Positions 27,276-34,704 of a stretch of DNA of 64,000 bases are shown in pieces. The stretch spans positions 1,386-65,385 of the forward strand of contig JARXPE010000001.1 of the NCBI GenBank assembly GCA_029887795.1, given 5' to 3'. A program made the translations under genes and the position numbers. The stretch's first letter is position 1, and each line of letters opens with the position of its first letter. The stretch comes from Thermoproteota archaeon (GTDB lineage Archaea > Thermoproteota > Methanomethylicia > Methanomethylicales > Methanomethylicaceae). Below the pieces are notes generated by a model. It did not search any database, was not told the origin of the DNA, and saw only the letters and a program-made list of their open reading frames with translations.

Positions 27276-28157
27276 TTATCCCTTCATTTTTATGCTATTC
27301 CTCATCGCCATCCATTTCTCATAGGTTATAGAGATCGGAACGGATTTTCCTCCCTTCCTTTGCGTCTGTTTTCCCACGGTCTCGATCATAATAGTCTCCT
27401 CTACAGGGTTGATAATGAGGTTGGCGTAGCCATTCGATATGATGAAGCTGAGCGCGTATGCCCGCAACAGCGTCTCCTCATAGGTGTCTCTGATTACGAA
27501 CTTCCAGTAGTCCACGGGACCTCCCTCTGACTCTTTTGTCAACTCCTCTTGTAGCCTCCTGACCTCTTCATTGAATGCACGCTCAGAGAGAAACTTTAGC
27601 CTAATTAGCTCCGAGACCGCCAAGGTCTTTTCCTCCTGGAACTGGGCCGCCTCGAGTTCTCTCATCCTCTGGGAGAGTGGAAGGAGAACCCTCCAGTAGT
27701 CTAGCGCCTCCGAGAGCCTCTTTGGGGTCAGCTGCTCGGCGGCTATCAAAGGCCTCCAAGAGGCTAATAGGGCGGAGGCGAGCTCCTCTTTGCCAAGAAG
27801 CTTTATCTTAACCTCCACTAGGAAAGGGTCGATGAAGAGACCAGAGGCACGCCTCTTCACCCAGTCGCTCTGAAGTTTTACCATCAGGGAGAGCTCCTTA
27901 AGGGCTTCGGCATCCATGAGCAGCTCGTCAAGAAGTTTCCACTGAGGCAATAGCTTCTTGAGAACCTGCAGCTTTTGGGGGACGTCCACAAGGAAAGGAT
28001 CCTCCCCCTTTGCCCTTATGCTCTGGCACAGGTTTATTATGCGAGCGAGCTCCTCGTAGTACTCTTCTTTACGCGCTCGCTGTGGCAGCTTTGGCCACCT
28101 CCGACCTTCCGTGCACATTTTGGACGAATATGATGTTTGCGAACTCGCCCACCGCAC
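27276..28157 (-). CDS. scpA: ScpA-like kleisin
   Basis: C-terminal 'RAYALSFIISNGYANLIINPVEETIMIE' resembles the ScpA C-terminal winged helix. 293 aa. The annotated start overlaps the upstream SMC-like gene by about 89 nt, so the true start may be internal. Confidence 0.5.
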   Translation of the reverse strand: MRWASSQTSYSSKMCTEGRRWPKLPQRARKEEYYEELARIINLCQSIRAKGEDPFLVDVPQKLQVLKKLLPQWKLLDELLMDAEALKELSLMVKLQSDWVKRRASGLFIDPFLVEVKIKLLGKEELASALLASWRPLIAAEQLTPKRLSEALDYWRVLLPLSQRMRELEAAQFQEEKTLAVSELIRLKFLSERAFNEEVRRLQEELTKESEGGPVDYWKFVIRDTYEETLLRAYALSFIISNGYANLIINPVEETIMIETVGKQTQRKGGKSVPISITYEKWMAMRNSIKMKG

Positions 28158-29832
28158 TGAGCTGGCTCGGGGTAATCACTATAAACTGCACGTCCGAGCT
28201 GTCGTTCATGAAGGAGAAGAGCATCCTCATCATGGACTCCCTGTTGTGGGGATCCATGTGCACATCGAACTCGTCGACAGCCCTCACTGGCGATTTCAGG
28301 TGATCCTGCAAGGCTAGGAGGAACGCCATGGTTGCCACAGCCCTCTCTCCACCGCTCTGAGAGTATGCATCTAACAATACTGGCGAGGTGCCCCGGAACC
28401 CAACCGTGATCTCCACTCCAGCCCTGTCCGGGTCGTCCATGTTCAATAGGCGTATGGCACCGGTTCCGCCGACCCTTCCCAGGACAGAACGGTAAGTCGG
28501 ATTGATCTCCTCGATGAGTTTTTCCATCACGCCCCTCCAGACCCTCTTCCTTTCCTCCAACTCCTCGATAGTCTTTTTCCTGTTCTCTCCTACGACCTGA
28601 GCCTTTTGCTTCAATTCGTTGTAGGTTTTCAAGTAGGCCTGGTACATGGAAGGAGCGTCCTCGGGCACGTCGCCCAGGGATAGCAGGTGAGCGTTAACAA
28701 ACTTTATCTCGTCGGAGATCTCCAAGAGCGTCCTGCTGGTCTCGATCCTTTCACCTGCCTTATCCTTGAACTTCTCTGACTCCGCAAGAGATGCCTTGGC
28801 CTCCTGCAAGGAATTTTGCAACTCCTTAAGCTCTCTCTCGAGCTCGCCCTTGCGGTAGCGCATCACTGCCTCGTCAACCCTCAGCTCCACATACTTTTTG
28901 ACGACCTCGTCAAGTCTCTCGTCTATAAGACCCAGCGCTCTCAGCTCTGCGTCCTCTTTTTTGGTATTCAGAATGAAGCTCCGAAACTTTTCCTTCAGCA
29001 GAAGATAGTCGCCCCATAGGTTGCGTGCCTCCTCGCTCTTTGTGCGGATCCCCTTCTCAATAGCCTCGAGCTGGGAGGACTTCAAGCGGATCTTCTCTTC
29101 GATCTGTGCCACCGCACGCTCGTTCTTCAATATTTGGGCCCATATCAACTCCCTCTCGAGGTAGGCCTTCCTTTCGAGCAGGGACTTCTTCTCATTGTAC
29201 TTGTCGTTCAGCTCCTTCCAGTAAGCCAAGGTTTGCTCGGCACTGGCAAGGAGTTGTGAGGTGGCCTCCTCTTCGCCCAGTATCCTGTTGAGCCTCTCCT
29301 CCGACTCGTAAATGGCGCGCCTGTACTGTGAAAACCCGACCGCCTCTTCCACCATCTTGAGCTTCTCTTCAGGCGAGGTTATCGCAAACTCCTCAATCAT
29401 GTTTTGGTGCATTATTATGAGCATGTTATCAGGATTCATCCCGACCCCTTTGAAAAGCCTGTTCACATCAAATTTGCTCACTTGTCTGCCGTTTATCTCG
29501 AACCAGTACGTGCCGTCCTTCTTCAAATACCTTGAGACTGAGATGATATCGTTGTTTATGTACGGGACGGGGCGCTTTCCATCTTCTGCCCTGTTGTCCA
29601 ATATGAGTGTGACCCTCGCAGTTTCCTTGCCCCTTCGGATGAGATCTGCCAGCTTCCTAGATCGCTCGGTGTAGCTCTGCCCCGTTGCCACTGATATAGC
29701 TATGAGTATCGACGACTTTCCAGCGCCGTTGGGACCACATATCAGATTGAGACCGCGTCTGAGGGGCACCCTAGCGTACTCATAGGACATGAAATTTTCC
29801 AATACCACTTCGAGTATGGTGAGAGAGCTCAT
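28069..29832 (-). CDS. Half-length hinge-less SMC-like ABC ATPase
   Basis: N-terminal head with Walker A 'GPNGAGKSS'. Central heptad-rich coiled-coil region of roughly 230 aa. C-terminal head with signature 'QSGGERAVATMAFLLAL' and D-loop 'VDEFDVHMD'. The H-loop is 'FIVITPS', with no His. 587 aa. Confidence 0.75.
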   Translation of the reverse strand: MSSLTILEVVLENFMSYEYARVPLRRGLNLICGPNGAGKSSILIAISVATGQSYTERSRKLADLIRRGKETARVTLILDNRAEDGKRPVPYINNDIISVSRYLKKDGTYWFEINGRQVSKFDVNRLFKGVGMNPDNMLIIMHQNMIEEFAITSPEEKLKMVEEAVGFSQYRRAIYESEERLNRILGEEEATSQLLASAEQTLAYWKELNDKYNEKKSLLERKAYLERELIWAQILKNERAVAQIEEKIRLKSSQLEAIEKGIRTKSEEARNLWGDYLLLKEKFRSFILNTKKEDAELRALGLIDERLDEVVKKYVELRVDEAVMRYRKGELERELKELQNSLQEAKASLAESEKFKDKAGERIETSRTLLEISDEIKFVNAHLLSLGDVPEDAPSMYQAYLKTYNELKQKAQVVGENRKKTIEELEERKRVWRGVMEKLIEEINPTYRSVLGRVGGTGAIRLLNMDDPDRAGVEITVGFRGTSPVLLDAYSQSGGERAVATMAFLLALQDHLKSPVRAVDEFDVHMDPHNRESMMRMLFSFMNDSSDVQFIVITPSQLSAVGEFANIIFVQNVHGRSEVAKAATASA

Positions 29833-30043
29833 GTCGGGAACCCCTCAGGGCGCCTCAAATTCCACAAAAGACCCTTATAAGCCTCACTTTTGCCTTTTAT
29901 AGTCCGCACACTTGAAATTATTTTGATGGGTAAGTCAAAACCTATATTTTTTGAAGAACTTTGTTATTATTAATAAAGTTTATTATTTATAAATTTTAAT
30001 AATAATTTTAAACATCCTTTGCCTGCCAAAAAGGCGAGTAAAG

Positions 30044-30070
30044 TTTATGTAAATATGTTCATTTTTAAAT
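30044..30070 (+). promoter_or_regulatory. TATA-like elements upstream of topoisomerase IB (likely short-leader/leaderless promoter)
   Basis: 'TTTATGTAAATA' and 'TTTTTAAAT' lie 22–48 nt upstream of ATG 30092, in an AT-rich divergent intergenic region shared with the SMC-like operon. Confidence 0.3.
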
Positions 30071-30091
30071 TGGTGTTCATGGCGATCTTGG

Positions 30092-31630
30092 ATGGGAAGC
30101 ATTGAGATAAAACAGCTAATACATAATGGGGTACTCATACCCGTTTACAAGCCAATTGGCTTCAAGATAAAGTTCAGGGGGAAGGAGATCGCACTTAGCC
30201 CAGAGCAAGAAGAGATGGCGGTGGCTTGGGTTAAGAAGCTCTCTACAGACTACATTAAGGACAAAGTTTTTGTGAAGAACTTCTTCAAGGACTTTGGAAA
30301 GGCTTTGGGGGTAAAGGGCAAGATAGGACCTGAAGATTTTGATTTCTCGGAGATAATAGCCTGGTTGGAGAGGGAGAAGGCTAAGAAGGAGGCGATGAGC
30401 AAAGAGGAGAAGAAGGCGCTGGCGCAGGAGAGGAAGAGGATAAGAGAGGAGAATAAGAAGAAGTACGGCTTCGCGATTGTTAATGGAATGCCGATGGAGA
30501 TCTCCAACTACATGGTGGAGCCAGCCTGCATTTTCATGGGTAGAGGGGAGCACCCTCTTAGGGGTAGATGGAAACCAGGGGTCAAGGCAGAGGACATTAC
30601 GCTGAACCTCTCCCCAGACGCAAGGGTGCCCGATCCGCCGAATGGAGGCTCTTGGAAGTCCGTTGTGTTTGATCCCACATCGCTCTGGATCGCCAGTTGG
30701 AGGGACAAGCTCAGGGGCAAGATGAAGTACGTTTGGCTCTCAGACACGGCATACATAAAACAGGTGCGGGACATCGAGAAGTTTAACAAAGCTTGGGAGC
30801 TGGAAAAAATAATCGACAAGGTCAGGGAGCACATACAGAGGGGTTTGGAGTCGCACGATCAGCTTGAGAGGAAGATAGCGACCGTCTGTTACCTCATTGA
30901 CGAGCTGAAGCTCAGGGTCGGTGATGAGAAGGATGAGGATGAGGCGGACACGGTTGGCGCGACTACACTTAGACCCGAACATCTGAAGTTCAATCCGGAC
31001 GGCACCATAACTTTTGACTTCTTAGGCAAGGACTCTGTACGATGGGTCAGCACCATCAATCCGCCCGAGGTCGTCTATAGGAACTTGAAGGAGTTCATAG
31101 CAGAGGGAAACGAGACCATATTCAACGGGGTCAGATCGCAGAAGGTGAACGCATACCTAGCCGAGGTAATGCCTGGGCTGACTGCCAAGGTTTTCAGGAC
31201 TTACCACGCCTCCACAGCCACAAAGAGGGCTCTCCAAAGCGCCGATGTTGACAAAGAAGATCCGGTCTACGTCAAAAAGTACTATGCAACCATGGCGAAT
31301 TTGGAGGCTGCCAAGGTTTGCAACCACAAGAGGAAACTTCCCAAGAATTGGGAGGAGAGTCTAAGGAAGAAGGTTGAGAGGCTGAAGGCTCTCAAGGAGA
31401 AGAAGGCCAAAAAAGAGAAGATAGAGGAACTTAAGCTCAAGATAAATGCGATGAAGGCTACGAGAGATTACAATCTCAACACATCGCTGAAGAACTACAT
31501 CGATCCCAGGGTCTATGCCGACTGGGGGAGAAGGATAGATTTCGACTGGAAGCTTTACTATCCAAAATCGCTGCAGAGGAGGTTTGCTTGGGTGGATGGA
31601 GGAGAGACCGGAGTAGGTCCGATTATTTAA
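30092..31630 (+). CDS. Eukaryote-type DNA topoisomerase IB
   Basis: Core-domain motifs and the C-terminal active-site 'SLKNYIDPR' (catalytic Tyr about residue 469) in an SKxxY context. 512 aa. Confidence 0.85.
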   Translation: MGSIEIKQLIHNGVLIPVYKPIGFKIKFRGKEIALSPEQEEMAVAWVKKLSTDYIKDKVFVKNFFKDFGKALGVKGKIGPEDFDFSEIIAWLEREKAKKEAMSKEEKKALAQERKRIREENKKKYGFAIVNGMPMEISNYMVEPACIFMGRGEHPLRGRWKPGVKAEDITLNLSPDARVPDPPNGGSWKSVVFDPTSLWIASWRDKLRGKMKYVWLSDTAYIKQVRDIEKFNKAWELEKIIDKVREHIQRGLESHDQLERKIATVCYLIDELKLRVGDEKDEDEADTVGATTLRPEHLKFNPDGTITFDFLGKDSVRWVSTINPPEVVYRNLKEFIAEGNETIFNGVRSQKVNAYLAEVMPGLTAKVFRTYHASTATKRALQSADVDKEDPVYVKKYYATMANLEAAKVCNHKRKLPKNWEESLRKKVERLKALKEKKAKKEKIEELKLKINAMKATRDYNLNTSLKNYIDPRVYADWGRRIDFDWKLYYPKSLQRRFAWVDGGETGVGPII

Positions 31631-31727
31631 ATTTGGAATCTTGACCGAGTTTTAACCCATTTAAATATTTATATTTATAATGCGATTTTTCTCTTAATTC
31701 ATATAAATCGAATGGCAGGTGTTATAG

Positions 31728-32411
31728 ATGGTTCTTGCAGGGAAAGTCTTCAAGATCAAAGAGGACATTGATCTATCCACAATCTCGGGAAAATTGAAGG
31801 GGTATCGGCATGAGGAGGAATTCACACATGGTGATGAAAAGATAACACTGATCACAGAGATAGGGGAGCTCGTTTTGGGCTCAGACTACTTGGAGGGGGC
31901 TTTTTTCCAAGATATTCCTTTTACCGTACGGCATAGGGGAGGGGAACGCCTCGTTGTCAAGACCTTGGAGGCACCGTTTTTATTTCAGGTGGACAAGGAC
32001 AGACTCCTGCTTGTCGTTCTTGAGAAGAAGAGAACTGCAAACAATATAGCCAATCAGCTTAGCAAGATATTATTCATCTCAACGGGGAGCATCGTGGAGG
32101 CAAAGATCCCACCGGAGACCCTCAGGAAATTTCACGAGGCAAACCCAGAGGATACAAAGGTAATATTTTTTGATGGTGTGGATATACCCAATGTTGATAA
32201 ACTCTCGCTTTACGGATCTCAGCTCGCCGACACCGCACTCTATAATGAGTATTTAACACATGGAACCATTTGGTACATTGTATTCAAGTCAAGGAAATAC
32301 GGCATAGTTGCGGGGGTGACCAGGAACTCTGTTGTGACTGCGTTCAGTGAGGTAAAACCGAAGGATTTTCTTGACTACATCAGGGATGAGATCTTTCCAC
32401 TCATCGAGTAA
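31728..32411 (+). CDS. Hypothetical protein
   Basis: 227 aa soluble ORF with coding-like composition and no recognisable motif. Confidence 0.45.
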   Translation: MVLAGKVFKIKEDIDLSTISGKLKGYRHEEEFTHGDEKITLITEIGELVLGSDYLEGAFFQDIPFTVRHRGGERLVVKTLEAPFLFQVDKDRLLLVVLEKKRTANNIANQLSKILFISTGSIVEAKIPPETLRKFHEANPEDTKVIFFDGVDIPNVDKLSLYGSQLADTALYNEYLTHGTIWYIVFKSRKYGIVAGVTRNSVVTAFSEVKPKDFLDYIRDEIFPLIE

Positions 32412-32763
32412 ATGCCACATGGAAGTAATCCCGGACGACCCCGCTTCTGAGGCACAATATTACTACAAGTCGCATGAAGAGCAGCAACACATACAGTACT
32501 ATAGGATCAGAGAGGTATGAGAGGGCATAATTGATTATGTTAATGCCACTGAAAATCAGCCCAAAGATCCAAGCCCACCTAGACCCACGCATGAAGCCGA
32601 TAATAAGTATGAAGTCAAGGACACCCATTAGGTAAAACGTGAGAAATTCGATCCCGCCATAGTAGATGAATGTACCAGTCAAGAAAGGGGTCGCAAGATC
32701 GAATATTACAAACAGTGCCTGTAGGGTAGCCATAACGTATATGAGGTTCGGCCGACGCGCCAT
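32401..32763 (-). CDS. Small membrane protein (3–4 TM), hypothetical
   Basis: 120 aa hydrophobic ORF. Confidence 0.4.
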   Translation of the reverse strand: MARRPNLIYVMATLQALFVIFDLATPFLTGTFIYYGGIEFLTFYLMGVLDFILIIGFMRGSRWAWIFGLIFSGINIINYALSYLSDPIVLYVLLLFMRLVVILCLRSGVVRDYFHVAFTR

Positions 32764-32814
32764 TTGGGTCCCACCTCACGGCGTATCATAATGGATCCAA
32801 AAAGATTTTAATCT

Positions 32815-33180
32815 TTATTTTGAGGGCGAACAATCTTTGCAGCCCTCTACCTTTGGTAGTTCGAGGGAGCCCAGTCTCGTCGAAGATTTTACGATCTCAT
32901 TGGTCCCCGAGATCTGTCTCTCCTCGCTGCGAATTATGAACGCAGCATCATATATTATGTAGACCTCGTATGAAATTATCCTTGTGTCCCCTTTGGTTTC
33001 CTCGATCTGCTCTCCGTAAATTATCTTCGATCCTTCCATTTCATGAGCGTGAAGGAAGTGATATATTTCGTGGAGTTCCTTTTTGTTGTCCTCGACCCAC
33101 TTCTCGATGAGTTCCATGTCGTGCTTAGGAATATTAAGCTCATCAGGAGTCCCATACCATTCTATCATAAGCAAAACCAA
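32815..33180 (-). CDS. Hypothetical small protein with HExxH motif
   Basis: 'LHEIYHFLHAHE' contains HExxH plus extra His residues. 121 aa. Possible minimal zincin, not established. Confidence 0.35.
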   Translation of the reverse strand: MVLLMIEWYGTPDELNIPKHDMELIEKWVEDNKKELHEIYHFLHAHEMEGSKIIYGEQIEETKGDTRIISYEVYIIYDAAFIIRSEERQISGTNEIVKSSTRLGSLELPKVEGCKDCSPSK

Positions 33181-33216
33181 ATTTTAAAAACAAGATAGGA
33201 GTTATAAGCATTACCT

Positions 33217-34113
33217 TCATAGACCCATGAGCACAGATCTTATTTCCGACGGCGAGTATGAAAAGTCACCGAATATGAAGTAATCACTCCTGTAGACGCT
33301 CTTAGATTTTGCAAAGATATTCTTGACCAAGTCGGAATATTTTGAGTCTAGGTCCGATGATGATGGGAAGTGGAGCAGATAACGAACCGTCAAGCCCGAC
33401 TTAACGCTGCGCATCTCCCAATCTACATTGTAGGAATTGTTTCCAGACCTGAAGTAAGAGAAGCTGAGCTGGTCTTCCCCCAATGATGATAGGAGGTACC
33501 CGATTTTTATGGAGTCGTTATTAAAGAAAGGACTGGAGTCAGAGTCAATTATCAGCTTTATACCATCTGTCTTTTTGCCCTCGCTGAGTATGAGTGCTCC
33601 CTGGTGCAGGCAGATCCAAGCAGAATCCTGCATGGTTATAGGGGATAGAGGTAGCAAGTAAAGGGTTACGTTTCTGTAGGTTGTGCTTTCTAGGGAACTA
33701 GCATTAAGTGCAGAAGAGACCTCGTCTCGAATCGAAGGGTTTAGTGCAATCACGCTGACTATCATATCTTCGCCTATGAGCATGTCGAGACCGTATGTAA
33801 CATCGGACAGGCTGATGTTCAAGTTGATGTCAGGGATAGATAGTATTGTTCCGCCAGAGAAAAGGTTCGGATACGAAGAGAGTGAGGTTATGTTCAAGTA
33901 CCTGAAGCCTTCAATCTGCGACGGTATCATGGACATCCATTCGGATTGTTTAAAGGAAGAAGGGGAAGGCGGGGCAACGTAGTTTGAGGAGAATGAAAAG
34001 AAATAGGCAACATAACTCAAAACCAATATTAGAATAATTAAGGGAATGAATGCTTTTGTAATCTTTGATGGTCCGGATTTTCGTTTACTCTTTTGTGGCA
34101 AATCTTTCACCAA
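33217..34113 (-). CDS. Membrane-anchored extracellular hypothetical protein
   Basis: Basic N-terminus then a single TM 'AFIPLIILILVLSYVAYFF' followed by a Ser/Asn-rich domain of about 250 aa. Confidence 0.45.
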   Translation of the reverse strand: MVKDLPQKSKRKSGPSKITKAFIPLIILILVLSYVAYFFSFSSNYVAPPSPSSFKQSEWMSMIPSQIEGFRYLNITSLSSYPNLFSGGTILSIPDINLNISLSDVTYGLDMLIGEDMIVSVIALNPSIRDEVSSALNASSLESTTYRNVTLYLLPLSPITMQDSAWICLHQGALILSEGKKTDGIKLIIDSDSSPFFNNDSIKIGYLLSSLGEDQLSFSYFRSGNNSYNVDWEMRSVKSGLTVRYLLHFPSSSDLDSKYSDLVKNIFAKSKSVYRSDYFIFGDFSYSPSEIRSVLMGL

Positions 34114-34264
34114 TTCTTAATGCGAGGATGACTCACTATTATGCGGATAGCGACCGCATCCTTAAAATTGTTTTTATTTTAGGAATTATCAGAACAATAT
34201 CTTTATTGGAGGATATTTTATTAGAGTACATAGAGTGTAGAGTTAAACCATAAAAAGGTCGTTT

Positions 34265-34651
34265 ATGTTGAACAAATATGTTATAGATATTTCTATAATT
34301 AATGTGGCTACATTGTTAATGTCAGCAGTTATCTACGTTTTAGGAAAGAATTTCTTGGATGCATTTATGTTACTTCTGCTTATAGAGAGTGCTGTTGCTC
34401 TCATTATTGGAGGGGTCTACGGCTCCATAGTCTCAAGTGCCTCTTTCCATGGAATTGAACGATATTTCAAAAGAGAAACTGGAAAATTGAGGGTTCAATT
34501 GCCAGCGATGCAAAGAGATCAAGAGGAAAAAGAACGAAAAAATGAGATAGAGAGAACAAAAAGAGAGGTCAGGATGGGAAAGAGGTTTGTAGTACTTGGA
34601 GCCGCGTTATTATTAGAGTCTATTTTGATAGCATTTTCGTTGATATTGTGA
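34265..34651 (+). CDS. Small membrane protein (3 TM) with charged loop, hypothetical
   Basis: 128 aa, hydrophobic segments plus a 'QRDQEEKERKNEIERTKREVR' loop. Confidence 0.4.
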   Translation: MLNKYVIDISIINVATLLMSAVIYVLGKNFLDAFMLLLLIESAVALIIGGVYGSIVSSASFHGIERYFKRETGKLRVQLPAMQRDQEEKERKNEIERTKREVRMGKRFVVLGAALLLESILIAFSLIL

Positions 34652-34704
34652 GGTTAGATTAAAAATAAAAACTAAAATAAAAAAAAGAAAAGTTGTTATT
34701 TTCT

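Noticed and set aside
28069-29832. Rad50/SbcC or RecN identity for the 587-aa ABC ATPase
   Set aside because: There is no Mre11/SbcD partner adjacent and no CxxC zinc hook in the coiled coil. The downstream partners look like ScpA/ScpB rather than nuclease subunits. RecN is bacterial and lacks kleisin partners.
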